From the NCBI GenBank assembly GCA_001600815.1, contig BCKZ01000031.1:66910-110339 (forward strand): DNA of 43,430 bases, written 5' to 3'. Positions within the stretch are counted from its first letter, which is position 1. Each line of letters starts with the position of its first letter. The translations under genes were made by a program, and so were the position numbers. The notes under the pieces were generated by a model that searched no databases, was not told where the DNA came from, and worked only from the letters and a program-made list of their open reading frames with translations. Shown one piece after another: positions 23,415 to 35,580 of the stretch. The DNA comes from Alloascoidea hylecoeti. Its lineage: Eukaryota.

Positions 23415-24482
23415 TTAAATACTCTCATTAAATGAAAAGTCTAATTCTTCATCTCTTATATCATCGAAATAACTAAGTTTTGTTATATTTTCGGCTGTTA
23501 TTCTTTGACCAGACTCATAAATCAAAGTTTTACTCAACAGTTCATCTTTAACAATATTAGGTAGTCTTGGTAAAAGTGTTTTTAAATCTTTTGCTGGATA
23601 ATCTGAAAAGTTCATACTTGAAAATGAGCTGGATTCTGACGATTCTGGCCAAGATTCAATTGTTGGTGTACCGAGTGTTTCAAAAATTGAAAATATCAAA
23701 GATATATCACTATTACTTTCATTAGTATTGAAAATTGGTTGACCATCATCTGAATATATCATTGTCATTAAAACTCCAAAACTCCAGATATCAATGGCAG
23801 TAGAATATGACCTTATACCAAACATAAGTTCTGGTGCTTTGTAAGCACCCGTTGCAACGTCAACATATTTTTCCTTAGGCTCTTCTTCACCGAAGTTATT
23901 GGGTGGATACCATACAATTCCCAGATCTCCGATGATTGCAGGACCATCTAGGGTTTTAAAGAAAATATTACTTGCTTTAATGTCTCGATGGATAATTCCC
24001 TTTGAGTGGAGAAATTTAAGACCGCTTGCAATTTGATATGTGATCTGTGCAGCTCTTTTTTCGGGGATCCTATTTCGGTACTTTATCTCATTACTGGACA
24101 TTGTGTCCGATCCAGTATTACCATCTAGTGAAGGAAATCTTGCTTTTGAATATTTTTTAATTACTTCTTCCAGATCAAATGGTAAATATGGCGAAACCAT
24201 TATTGAATCATCACCATGCTTAAACGAATCCAATAACACTAAAATAAAATGGTTTCTTTCCTTTTCAATATGTTTTGACTTTAAACATTCATCCCTAATT
24301 GCTTTTAAAATTTTCTGTTCCTTTATTGATCTATGCGGAGCACGATCAAAATCTGGGTCAGTGATTTTTAAAGCAACTGTCCGGTCAGTGACAATATCTT
24401 TTGCTGAATAAACATCAGAACAAAGTCCATCGCCAATGTGTTTTCTATCGATATATCGTTGATTTCCTGAAACCGGGAGCAT
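23415..24482 (-). CDS. CAK1: Monomeric CDK-activating kinase Cak1/Csk1 type, 355 aa
   Basis: VALK, HRDIKASNIFF, DLGI, DVATGAYKAPELMFGIRSY (Cak1-like TG.YKAPE..FG) and SDISLIFSIFETLGTP. Confidence 0.85.
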   Translation of the reverse strand: MLPVSGNQRYIDRKHIGDGLCSDVYSAKDIVTDRTVALKITDPDFDRAPHRSIKEQKILKAIRDECLKSKHIEKERNHFILVLLDSFKHGDDSIMVSPYLPFDLEEVIKKYSKARFPSLDGNTGSDTMSSNEIKYRNRIPEKRAAQITYQIASGLKFLHSKGIIHRDIKASNIFFKTLDGPAIIGDLGIVWYPPNNFGEEEPKEKYVDVATGAYKAPELMFGIRSYSTAIDIWSFGVLMTMIYSDDGQPIFNTNESNSDISLIFSIFETLGTPTIESWPESSESSSFSSMNFSDYPAKDLKTLLPRLPNIVKDELLSKTLIYESGQRITAENITKLSYFDDIRDEELDFSFNESI

Positions 24483-24875
24483 TAATAGTTGTAGTTATAG
24501 TGAGAATTGTGTAGTTGTGGTATAAAAGTTGACAAAAACACGGTTATATATAAAACCCATTCGGTTATAATTTATAATAGAGTGCCCCGTATTTTTCGAT
24601 CCTTGTTTCATACACAAATATGCCAACGCGACGGCCACAATTTTCTAACAACACGGAAAAGGAAATTTTTTCTTAAAGGTACAGATTTACGTTACATAAT
24701 TCACATAGAAACATTTATATTATCATTATTATCTAAGTGTTTTAATTGCATCCAAGTCTTGACTATATACAAATGCCAACATCATATGGTTTTGAAACCA
24801 TTGAATAACATTACAGAAAGTACATGTTAACAAAGCCGATTTATCTCTCCATTAAATTTCTCAATCTGTCGTAAA

Positions 24876-26219
24876 TCAATACAGAAATTGAAAACTATTG
24901 AGAAGCTCCCGAGGGTTACCATTACCCGATAACATATATCTATGATCAACTGTTAGATTCCCCTCCTGCTCTTCGCTTCTAGGAGAAAACACAGAAGCTG
25001 ACCGACAATAAGATATTAATGTGGCAGTTTCTTCTTTGGATAATCTTTTGACCTCGAGGGAACGTACTCCAGATAATAGTTCAACCTGTTTGTGATCACA
25101 TTGACCCTTAGTAAAATATGGATCGAATTCCTCCAGACCTAATGCAACAGGTAAAGTATGCTTAGATTGAAAAACAGAACTTGTCGAGACTACTACAGCA
25201 CCCTTCTTAAATGATTGTTTACCAGATAGAATCTTAAAAATAAGTTTGGGAAGCTCAAATTTGTTGAAATATATGTGTTTATTTTCTGTATTGCGGTACA
25301 TAGTGTAAGAGTATTCCATAAAAGCATTGAAATTATCCACACTTAATAAAACTGGATATTGATCTTGAATCAAAAGCTCCTTCCAGAAAATTTCAAAAGC
25401 TTCTCTTCTATAAGTTTTTCCTTTTGGATCACTGAACAATTTATAAAGAGAATCATTTTTTGTAAATGTCAAAAGACTACTGGCACCAGAAACTTTAATG
25501 CTATATGGTTGTGATAATTTAATCGATTGAAGAATAGTTTTATTACCTGCTACAATCTTTCTTAACCATCGGTTCAAAAACATTGGTTGATAGTAGATAT
25601 TTTTAGTTTCATCATAGGCGTAATCACTGAAACCAGTAAGAAGATCTTCAGCTTTTGAAAAATGAAGAACAATATAACCCGATAAAAACGCTAAAGATTG
25701 AGTTTGGCTACTTAATACCGATTTCCCAACACCTTGATCACCCCAAATACAAACTCTGTTTTCAGACGAAGGTGTATTAATACCTTTTTTTATAAAATCG
25801 TTATAAACTTTAAGTGTTGTTGATTGTCTGACGAGAGAAGGTCTATCTCTGAACAATTCATTTCTTTGATTTGGTTTGAATGCACCGAAATGTGTTAAAG
25901 GTCTAATTGATGGTCCAAAAGATACAACTGTATTAGGAACCAAAGCCTTAGGATTAATAGTTGGAATTTTCACCAATGGTGCATTTTTTGAAAAATTACT
26001 ATGCGAGACAGTATTTTGCCAATCTCTTAATTGAACATGTGAAGCGTGTTTCTTTTTGGACATATCTTTATTCTTCTTTTTGTGACTAAAACCTGACTTT
26101 ACTCTACCATTATTAGCAGTAGCACCAGCAATTAATGATGAATGGAAAAGCCTATGGGCCACCTTCGATGAATTTATAACCGGAGGTTGACAATAGATTC
26201 GCAGTGAAGATATCATCAT
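24876..26219 (-). CDS. RSM23: Mitochondrial small ribosomal subunit protein mS29 (Rsm23/DAP3), 447 aa
   Basis: Presequence-like N-terminus, GAFKPNQRNELF, P-loop GDQGVGKS, YYQPM, PVLLSVDNFN and C-terminal SGNGNPREL. Confidence 0.9.
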   Translation of the reverse strand: MMISSLRIYCQPPVINSSKVAHRLFHSSLIAGATANNGRVKSGFSHKKKNKDMSKKKHASHVQLRDWQNTVSHSNFSKNAPLVKIPTINPKALVPNTVVSFGPSIRPLTHFGAFKPNQRNELFRDRPSLVRQSTTLKVYNDFIKKGINTPSSENRVCIWGDQGVGKSVLSSQTQSLAFLSGYIVLHFSKAEDLLTGFSDYAYDETKNIYYQPMFLNRWLRKIVAGNKTILQSIKLSQPYSIKVSGASSLLTFTKNDSLYKLFSDPKGKTYRREAFEIFWKELLIQDQYPVLLSVDNFNAFMEYSYTMYRNTENKHIYFNKFELPKLIFKILSGKQSFKKGAVVVSTSSVFQSKHTLPVALGLEEFDPYFTKGQCDHKQVELLSGVRSLEVKRLSKEETATLISYCRSASVFSPRSEEQEGNLTVDHRYMLSGNGNPRELLNSFQFLY

Positions 26220-26537
26220 TTTTGCTTTTTGATTTTTTTTCCTGGCTAAAACGACGGATCTTGAACGACAAATGGAAGGAGGTGAAATTTCTCTCTGTGT
26301 AAATATTTAACCAGGAGGGTAAATTTCAGAACATAATTCAATAGGAACCATTGTCAATATGAATTCCACTTAACATTATATATCTATCATGAGGGTATCA
26401 GTGGCCAAATTCTTGGTTGGATGGTCTGTTCAATTTTATTGACTTTATATTACAACAGTATTTTACCTGATAGAAGTTATATCGAACTTATAATAATATT
26501 TATAAATACATATTAACGTTTACAAATATTTAAATCC

Positions 26538-28484
26538 TTATTTTTTACCCTTTTTCTTCTTCTTTCCTTTGACACTCTTCTTTGATTGTGTCACCGGCTG
26601 CTTTGAGCCTGCTCCTGAACCGGAATGAATTATGCCAGTAGAATCTGTGATACCTTCGCCAACTGCCCCCTGTGTATCATTAAGAGCATGTTTTTTACCT
26701 TTCTTAGGTTTCCAAGTACTACGCTCTCGTAATGGTAACCATCGCTCTGGATCAGGTTGTCTGTTTGGATCATAATTCTTAGGGAGTTTACCTTTCTTAG
26801 TTTTGTGTTTCTTTGTTTTATGAGATCCGATATCAGTTGCCTTTCTTTTCTTAACTAAAAGCTGAACACCTTCATTTTCAAGAGATTCAACATCGACATT
26901 AGCTGTAAGTAATGATATTGGGTGAACTGATGCGAAATCAGCAGCATCAATATTCTGATTATTTGTAATTGCAACAGCCAATTTAATCAATATATCAGAA
27001 GAATCTAATTTTGAAAATATTTCTTTTGCAATCTTATTCTGTTCTTCATTATTTGATGATAAAAATTTAAACCCAATGATTTTTAATAATATTTCTCTAT
27101 TTTTTAAAGATTCATTCTCTAGTAAATATTTATAAACGTTTTCAAATAATTTCACAATACTTTGATGTCTGTTTAATTTTTCGTATATGGTAACCAATAA
27201 TCCAACAAAACCAGGTTGATAAACAATATTCTTGTCTGATATTTCAATAACCCTTTCTAATGTTTTGGCCGCACCATCGAAATTTAATGAAGAAATTTGT
27301 AATTGAGCCAAAGCAAAACCCGGAAATATAGTTGAATTTTTTTTAAAATATTTTGAGATTTGTTTCGTCTTTACCCATAATAAGTCATCGTCATTAAGGG
27401 AGCCGACTTTATTTAATGAGCCAAGAGCACCTGGTGATATGACCGATGGAAACTGATTGAATAGTTTAAGTGCCTGTTTACGTATATCCTTGTTTGCAAA
27501 TCCATCCAATACAAGTAAATTTGTTCTCAAAATCTTTTCTTGTTCTTGAAGTAATCTTTCTTTAACTGTATTGAAATTGCCATTTGAAACTATCTTTCGA
27601 GATGCTACTATCGGATCAAAAGTAGATGATGATAATGAGACAATATTATTATTAAGAATGAGCTTTAAAGCTGGATCTGAAAATCCATCAGGATCTAATT
27701 CATTTAATAATGATAATGCAACTTCATTATCTCCTTTTAAATGATTAACATAAGAAGCTTGTATAATAATTGCGGCTAATTCATTCTTAACATCAATATT
27801 TGATATATCAGCTTGTTGGCATGCCACCTTTGCATCCGACAAAATATCTAAACTTTTATCCAAGTTGCCTTTTTCAATAGATATTAAGGCTTCATTAAAC
27901 AGTTGATCATAGGATGCTGAATTCTCAGGAGAAATTGGATTAGGAAGTTTATCTGTCTTTAATAATGAAATAGCTGCTCTTTCATTAACAGGAAGATCAA
28001 GTGATTCATTATTTCTAATGGTTGATTCAATTAATGATTTATATATTGAGTAAGCTTCATCTGCTTTCCCTGATTGATAGTACTATAATATTATTAGTTG
28101 GAACAAACCAGTAAATTTAGCAAAATTTAAAGAAGAACTTACATCCTGTGCTAAAATATGGTCAAGTCCTCTATGAGAAGGAATCTTTGAAATTAATTCC
28201 TTCAAATCATCATGTTTGTGTAATTTATACAAAACATATGCCTTCTCGAGAGATAAAAATAAATCAACATTTTTTGGAAATTCGTTAATGGTTTTAAATG
28301 CTTCATCATATTTATCCAGATTAATCAATGCTATAACTTTCTTTCGAAGTGCTTCTTCATGATCTGGTGTGACTCTTAATATTTTTGAAGAATTGTCAAG
28401 AACCTCAAGATGTTCCTCATTTTTAGAAGAGAATTCCAAATTTTTCAGTAATTCAGTAACAGGAAGTTTGTTTTTTGGTGCCAT
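26538..28484 (-). CDS. SRP72: Signal recognition particle subunit Srp72; 2 exons 28484-28143, 28082-26538; 628 aa
   Basis: TPR N-terminus (VIALINLDKY, LEKAYVLYKL) and RNA-binding motif LPKNYDPNRQPDPERWLPLRERS; TQGA and Lys-rich tail. The intron joins the two ORF-track ORFs in frame. Confidence 0.95.
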
Positions 28485-29305
28485 TGTTTGATCCTGCCCG
28501 GCTTCCTTGGTAAGAAAAAGTGTGCTGTGATTTTTGAAAAAGTAATGCGCGTAATTTTGAGAATGGACGGTGTATTATTTGTCATGAAAATAATTTTTCT
28601 TTCTGTTTCTTTTCCTACTCTTTTTTATGTATATTTTAACAAAGCTAAGATTATAAGATAAAACAAATCAATAGACAGTTTTTTTTCTTATTGGTAGTGT
28701 TATTTTTAAGATTATTAAACAATTCTCTGAGGGTTTGTTTTAATCTTCGTTTTCAAAAGAATTGGCTAATTAAATAGCGAAATATTGATTACTACATATT
28801 TCATTACTATTTCTCGAAAATGTCATCACAAATAGGTGGGAAAACTGTTTATATGTGGCTTGTCCTTTTCTTTAACTATTTATATACTTCATCTTAACCC
28901 TAGTCAACTTTCCTCTTTATTTCTAAACCTTCATAATAAAGAGATTATACAAACTAGGAATATTGATAATAGCAAATCTTTAGGTTCGGCTTGTTGCTTT
29001 GTTTCGTAGCTTCGGCCCTATAAAGTTTGTAACATTTTTCATTTTTTTTATATCCTTATACGGTGTGATTTAGTGTTCGATTCTAGTGATTCAGAATTCC
29101 AATAATATATTCGAATACCAGAATAAAGCTTATATTTTGAAATTATAAACATTTGGCATTAAAGTAAATATATTTATACAATTTTTTTTTTCTTTTGATA
29201 TATGAAGTTTATATTCTTTTCCATGATGAGGGTATCTCGTAATGTATGCTAATATATAAGTAAATGGATTAAATTATGGCCTTAAAGAAATAATACTAAT
29301 CATTT

Positions 29306-30739
29306 TCAAAACTTATCATCTTTTCCATTTAAATTTGGCCAATATGGTCTATTTCTAACAATCCAAGGATGTTGAGGAATTTGTTCAAGTGGGAATCTTT
29401 TCTCAGGATCATGTTGTAGTAATTTCTTGATTAAATCCGCAGCATCAGGAGCAACAAAAGAAGGCATTCTTAAATCAACTTTCGCAATTCTTCTATAAGT
29501 TGCTGAATGACCATTTTCTTCAAATGGTGGATTTCCAACAAGAAATTCATACATCAATATCCCTAATGCCCATATATCAACTTTTTCATCATGGTCTTTA
29601 GCTTCAACCATCTCAGGTGGTAAATAATCTAATGTTCCACACATTGTTGTTCTTCTTGATGATGGTGCGTGAACACTCCAACCAAAATCTGAAATTTTTA
29701 TAATATTATCAAAACCCAGCAATATATTTTCTGGTTTAATATCTCTATGAATAATATGTTTCTTATGGAGATAAGATAGTGCAGACCCCATTTGATAAAT
29801 GAACTAGTAATACTTGTTAATATATCACCCAATAATGAAATACGATAAAAATACTTACATGCGACGCCATTACATCATTAAATCTTCTCTTCTTTTTTAA
29901 TAGACCGTATAATTCACCATGAATACTATATTCAATAAGAAGATAAACTCTTCTATCATCATGGAAATGTCCGAATAAACGAACAATATTTGGATGCCTA
30001 AAATAAAAGTTAATATTTGATACTTTGTCTTTGAAACAGATATAAATTTATGTTTTTTTGTTTTTGAAACTTACCTTAGATTTGATTGAATTTCAACTTC
30101 TCTTCTGAATTGTTTTTCAATTTTATATTCAATGAGTTCTTTCTTTTCCATTGCTTTTAAAGCACAAACATAACCAGTTTGTTTATCTCGAACACAGTAA
30201 ACTTTACCAAATTTTCCTTTACCCAATTTTTTACCAACTTCAAAATCATTTAATGAATATTGCCTATAATTCCCGTTTGAAAATCCAGATGGTAATCCAG
30301 CCAGTGGATTTGAATTTTTAATGCTATTTCTATCAACTGATGTTCTCCTTGTATAATTCGTTGGATTTATTATTGTATTTTGACTTTGAGTTTGGCTTTG
30401 AGTTTGATTTTGATTTGGAATACGACGAGGAGATGAAACTGGTGGACCCATACTTGTTTTATAACCAACCCTTTGAGGATGCTGTTGTATAGTTTTATTG
30501 GCCTGTTTTTGATTAGTTGCATTAAGAGGGATTTTCACAAGAGGATGACGTTGACTACTATTTCCGGTAGTTCCTAATGCTTTACCATTTTGCTATGATT
30601 AAGAATTCGAAGTTAATTAAGAAGTAACAAGAAACAAACAAAGGTAGTATAATCTTACCATTAACCTTGAAGAAGGATTGACATTTTCATTCAACGAAAC
30701 TCGAGATAAACGAGATTCTAGAGCTCGAACAGAGGACAT
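29306..30739 (-). CDS. IPL1: Aurora kinase Ipl1; 4 exons 30739-30659, 30592-30075, 29997-29859, 29803-29306; 411 aa
   Basis: [61 protein letters not shown]; canonical splice sites restore the frame. Confidence 0.95.
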
Positions 30740-30893
30740 AACTATTTATGCAAAAGGGATTGAATTTAAACTAGTGATGGTTGAGATGCACGAAGAAAAA
30801 GAAAGCTGAAGAAGATGCTCTAGACTTTAAAGAAAAGAAAAAAAGGACGGAGAAAAAAGAAGAACTTTGGAGAGAAATATAGATAACAGGCGT

Positions 30894-30916
30894 CCTGATG
30901 GGGAAATTCATAAACA
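30894..30916. promoter_or_regulatory. Mcm1-forkhead composite element upstream of IPL1
   Basis: CC-TGATGG-GG-AAATTC-ATAAACA; a second forkhead core GTAAACA lies at 30963-30969. Confidence 0.5.
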
Positions 30917-31004
30917 CTTGTAGTTTTCTGGTAACCATGGCAATGTAAAGTTACCCGGAGACGTAAACAGCCAATTATTATGTAATTATTATGTAACTAT
31001 AAAG

Positions 31005-32255
31005 TTAATTATTAACAAGCAAAGTCTTGTTCCTTTCATTGTCTACTTGATGCCAACGTTCATTCAATCTTCCGTATATTAAAACGGGAATTGGTTCCTC
31101 CGTTGGACCCGAATATAACTTTGAATTACCAAAGAACCTATCCTTTTCATTATACCATTGAGCAAATGTAATTTTCTCCCAACTTTTTGGTTTAACATAT
31201 CCTAACCTTTGTAATTTTGGGGAGTTGATGGTTTCCGGATCTACAACTGTACTCGGTGCAATATGGGAAAAGTAAATAACCCCTAGTCTTTTATGATGTT
31301 GTTGATCTTTTGGTGGTTTAACAACTCTATGGATTGTAGACTTGAAATAGGCACCTGTGAGAAACTCCATGGAATCTCCAACGTTACAGACAAAAGAATC
31401 CGGTAAATAAGAGATATATTTCCAAGCTCCAGTATAATAGTCTCTAATTTGTAAAGAAGTCATTGCCTGTGAATAAATAAATGTAAACGCTGTACTATCT
31501 GAGTGTCCCCTAAGCCATGTATTCGCAGTTTTCTTTTCGTCACTTTCTTTCATGCCATAATACATCATCAATCTTCCAAGACCAAACCCTGAATGTTCAA
31601 CATCATCTATGCGAACTTTGAAATAATTCTCCCAAAGTGTTCCCTCTGGAATTTCTAAAATGATGTCACAAAGTATTGTTATTTTTCTTAACACTTCGTT
31701 ATGTAAATAACTATAATACTCAACAATATCATCAAGATTTGCTTTAATCAATTCAGGATTGTTAACATCTTTTATCAAATTTGGTTGCAACAATTTATCT
31801 AAATTAAAATGTTCAATTTGGTCCCTGACTCCATTTTGTAAAGACCAATATCCACGCGGTTTGTATCCATTACCACGTTCACCACCTTCTGTTTTTGTTT
31901 TATCTTCTGTATCTGTTGTTTTACCTCCAGCATAATATTTTTCCTTTTCATCTTCAGGTAATTCCATAACAGATTGTCCAATTGCATGTAATTTATCAAG
32001 TAGTTCCTTTTTAACTCCATGTCCAACTAAAGCAAAAAATCCATAAGTTTTTAAATCTTTTTCTAATTCATCTGCTAGTGCTTTACGTGATTCATAACCT
32101 TCAGCACCATCTTTATATGTACTCAAATCAATAGGGGAAAGATGAACGTAATCAATCTTTTCTGTTGTTGGCTTAACATGAACAAAAGGACGAACATTAT
32201 ATTTTTCATTTACAGATTTCTTGTAATCTTGATCAATTTGTGATATAGTTGACAT
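31005..32255 (-). CDS. 2-oxoglutarate/Fe(II)-dependent dioxygenase (IPNS/DIOX_N-like), 416 aa from MSTISQ
   Basis: IDLS..GFFALVGHG DIOX_N motif, HxD (GHSD), distal His (STIHRVV) and RLGVIYF. The ATG at 32255 has A-rich context; the upstream TTG start is unlikely. Confidence 0.85.
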   Translation of the reverse strand: MSTISQIDQDYKKSVNEKYNVRPFVHVKPTTEKIDYVHLSPIDLSTYKDGAEGYESRKALADELEKDLKTYGFFALVGHGVKKELLDKLHAIGQSVMELPEDEKEKYYAGGKTTDTEDKTKTEGGERGNGYKPRGYWSLQNGVRDQIEHFNLDKLLQPNLIKDVNNPELIKANLDDIVEYYSYLHNEVLRKITILCDIILEIPEGTLWENYFKVRIDDVEHSGFGLGRLMMYYGMKESDEKKTANTWLRGHSDSTAFTFIYSQAMTSLQIRDYYTGAWKYISYLPDSFVCNVGDSMEFLTGAYFKSTIHRVVKPPKDQQHHKRLGVIYFSHIAPSTVVDPETINSPKLQRLGYVKPKSWEKITFAQWYNEKDRFFGNSKLYSGPTEEPIPVLIYGRLNERWHQVDNERNKTLLVNN

Positions 32256-33247
32256 TTTTAATTGCTGTATATTTAGGAAAATGTGATAAAGAAGATTAAT
32301 GGCACTTATATATGAATGAAATTGATAAATAGTTTCTTGCAACAATAACAATTTGAAATATGATGAAATAGTCCCGTTATAAATGTTTTAGAAACCGTTT
32401 TTATTGTCTGATTTTCCGCAGTCAATTATCATTAAGTTCAAATCAATATGAGCTTTAACCATTGATCTACTACTTATTAATGAAATTGTGTCTTCTCACA
32501 TGGTCTTTAGTACTTTATATGGTATTTATTCAGAGATATCATTATTTCGTAATAGAATGGGAAGAAGCTGTAATCGCACGTGGCTTTGGGTAGAATGAGT
32601 ATTTGTGCAAAAATACAAAATAAAATCGTTTCCTTGAGTTATCAATTCGTTTTTCCATAGAATGGGTTACATATGGCATCAAGTGATAGGCCTTATTAAA
32701 TACTACTATATTGACATGTTGATCCGTAAGCCAAAGTTTTAGCGACATAAAATCAAAATTAGGTTAAAATATAAAGCGAATTAAATTGCCGGCGAAGATG
32801 GATTGTGTAGAATCACTGTAGATGCCATTATTGTTTCTTCACATCATCTTGCTCTTTTTTGTTTGTGCCTTTGCTTGTGTGTGTTTTTGCCAGTGTTTTC
32901 AATGTTGCTTGAATTTTTTTGTCAGTGTTTTTTTGTTTAACAAATTTGATAATATGCAATACTTCGAGGTAATTCATATTTTCCTGGATATTTAATGACA
33001 CAATGATTAACTTTAACAAAATCTCTACCCATATTATCGCTATTATAACGTAATAGTTTTACAATTGTTGAACATGCTGAAATGGCTCCGTTAAAAAATA
33101 TAACCAATACATTATAATTAAAAATAAAAGTGCCAATTATACTTAGTAAAATACAGAATATAGAATAAATAATTCTCCAAATTTTACTTTAAGTACCACT
33201 AAAAAAAATATTTAAAAACAAACTAAAAATCAACGTAAAATAAGAGT

Positions 33248-35362
33248 TTACCAAGAGAAAGCTTCTTCAAAGTATCCGATATCCTTGGTTGGATGTGTTT
33301 CGATTTCAGAACAGCAACTCCTTCGGAGAGAATCCATCATAGAATCTGGTCCACATCCAATAACCGCTGATCGGCCATCCGAAGTTGAGAAAAAAGTTTT
33401 AATTTTCTCGTGCAATATTGGAAATTCGTACCTAATAACAGATTCAAGTTGAGACCCAATAGATGAAACTTCTTTATTTGTAGTTGTGAAATTCTCAATT
33501 TTACCTGCTTTTTCATCAGACGAACTAGATAAATCTTCATCAGATGGAACAGAAGGTAGGGATATTGTTTTCACACCTGTTACATATATTTCAACTTCAA
33601 CATTATTGTCCTGAAGAAGTATATTAAGTTCTGGTGAAATAGGGATTATTTCTTCCTTTGTTGCAACCGCATATATTAACTTAACAAAAGTATCCTTTTT
33701 ACTTAGATACTGAGCATAAGGTAAAACACCTGTAATACCAACACCACCTGCAATTACTGCTACATTCTTATAACTACCAGCAGGGGCCATTGAACCATAG
33801 GGACCTTCAACTGCTATAGTAAAAGTTGCTTTCCCTTCAGCAGTTTTCTTTAAATGTTTAAGAAGTTTTTTGGTTAAACCGGCTCTTCCTCGTACTAATA
33901 GTTTAAAGCTTTCAGGCCCAGTAGCTTGAAGAACAGAAAATGGATGAGATTCCCAGAAATTAAATCTTGGCATATAAATATAGACATATTGTCCAGGTTT
34001 AACATTCCATTTATAAGGTGTATTTACACTGATCTCAATCAGATCTTGTCCATGAAGGATAAAATCTGCAGTTGTATATCTGCTTGGTGATGAAGAACTA
34101 AAGATCTTGATATTTAAGAAAATAACCCTGAAAACTCTTATTAGCCAGTCAAAGGCCCATACAGCAAATGCGGCGTAGAAACATTGATAAAATTCATGTA
34201 TGTTAACATGATAATAACCAAGAACTAATGCAGGAAGAACTAAAATAACATGAAGAATTCTGAAGAAATCATAAAATGCATGTCTAATGACGGGTGTAAC
34301 ACACGCTAATCCAAACAGAATAGTAGATGCCAGACCGCATTGAAGATATAAAGCATTGTAATAATCGATTTCAGGATAACGATCTAAATATTCAGTGGCA
34401 GCATGCACCACTATAATTAAGAAACAAACTCGGGCGATTGCTCGATGATACGCATTAAATGTAGCAAATGACCAACCAGATATCCAGAGCAGAAAGTTAT
34501 TTCTAGAGGCAAATAGGATGACCAGGGGTAACTCAACTGAACACATAACAGCACTTCTATCAGCAACATATCTGATTACTTGAGCTCTTCTTGTTTTATA
34601 TAAAGCATTAGGGAGAAAAACATCATAACCGACACATAAACATAAAATGTTCATAAGCACAAATCCAAATATAACAAGTGATTGAAATCTTGTTGGAAGA
34701 CTAATCCTAATCCCTAACACTTTAACCGGTTGAACATGTTTATACCCAAATAGAGCTGGTAAAGAGATGTATTTTTGAATTGCTCTTAAGATAAAATGTT
34801 TTTGCGTAACCGCTGAACCTTTAACTCTTCCTGTTGTTGCTAGTCTAACCAGTCTAGCAATTCCTGCAATAAAGCAAATAACTACGAAGTAGCCTGAAGT
34901 CCATGCTCCCATCCAAGTTCCGATATCTTTATTATACATTCTAGTATAAACAGCCTTATTCATAGCCTTAAATTGTTTAGTATTATAGATAAGCACAGTG
35001 CTATTAAGAGTAACACCCTTTTTAACTTTGCTAGAATCAATAGTAGGTTTCCCGTCAGCTAAAGATACAGCATCTCCAAAAGTTAAAGGATCCGCTTTTT
35101 TGCACATTTTGTTATACATGAAATTCCAAGCTATTAACTTCTGTGATTTGGAGTGAAGATGATCATCAATACACAGGGCTTGAGAAGCTAACCAGTAATC
35201 ATCAACACATAAACATGCGGATTTTCCAGCAGCACATTTGTTGAAGCCATACTTTGCAAGTCTTCGACAATCTTCACCAACAGTTCGTCCCGCCCCCCAT
35301 TTAGCTAGGGCAATATTCGTAAAAAAGAAAATTGAAAACAAGACTCCAAGAGATATTTTCAT
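33248..35362 (-). CDS. Ferric/cupric reductase (FRE family) with signal peptide and Cys-rich ectodomain, 704 aa
   Basis: Heme histidines YHR..VH and LH..YH, FAD motif HPFS, NADPH motifs EGPYG, AGGVGIT and CGP, and terminal EEAFSW. Start at MKISLG (signal peptide). Confidence 0.92.
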   Translation of the reverse strand: MKISLGVLFSIFFFTNIALAKWGAGRTVGEDCRRLAKYGFNKCAAGKSACLCVDDYWLASQALCIDDHLHSKSQKLIAWNFMYNKMCKKADPLTFGDAVSLADGKPTIDSSKVKKGVTLNSTVLIYNTKQFKAMNKAVYTRMYNKDIGTWMGAWTSGYFVVICFIAGIARLVRLATTGRVKGSAVTQKHFILRAIQKYISLPALFGYKHVQPVKVLGIRISLPTRFQSLVIFGFVLMNILCLCVGYDVFLPNALYKTRRAQVIRYVADRSAVMCSVELPLVILFASRNNFLLWISGWSFATFNAYHRAIARVCFLIIVVHAATEYLDRYPEIDYYNALYLQCGLASTILFGLACVTPVIRHAFYDFFRILHVILVLPALVLGYYHVNIHEFYQCFYAAFAVWAFDWLIRVFRVIFLNIKIFSSSSPSRYTTADFILHGQDLIEISVNTPYKWNVKPGQYVYIYMPRFNFWESHPFSVLQATGPESFKLLVRGRAGLTKKLLKHLKKTAEGKATFTIAVEGPYGSMAPAGSYKNVAVIAGGVGITGVLPYAQYLSKKDTFVKLIYAVATKEEIIPISPELNILLQDNNVEVEIYVTGVKTISLPSVPSDEDLSSSSDEKAGKIENFTTTNKEVSSIGSQLESVIRYEFPILHEKIKTFFSTSDGRSAVIGCGPDSMMDSLRRSCCSEIETHPTKDIGYFEEAFSW

Positions 35363-35571
35363 TTTTTCGTGATTTCCTTGAGTGATAAATGATTTTGAAA
35401 AAAAGAATTGGAGAAGGAAAATAAGACACTTTATAAACCTGAACTCAATAATGAGTTTTTTTAAAAAAAAACTTTTCGATACATTTCCTATACACATAGT
35501 TTTAAAGTCATAATAGCCTTACATATGTAAGTTATAGCAATGTCGACGCACGTATATGCATATGTAGATCA

Positions 35572-35580
35572 ATCTGATAA
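35572..35580 (+). promoter_or_regulatory. Iron-repressor GATA site (SreA/Sfu1/Fep1 consensus ATCWGATAA)
   Basis: Exact ATCTGATAA about 210 bp upstream of the ferric reductase ATG. Confidence 0.6.

Noticed and set aside
24040..24830. Plus-strand ORFs of 123 and 107 aa
   Set aside because: An antisense shadow of CAK1 and a motif-less intergenic ORF, both with non-ATG starts.
35363..35497. 45-aa N-terminal extension of the ferric reductase (and the similar 32-aa extension of the dioxygenase)
   Set aside because: Runs through TATA/poly-T promoter DNA and would bury the signal peptide; the downstream ATGs have better context.
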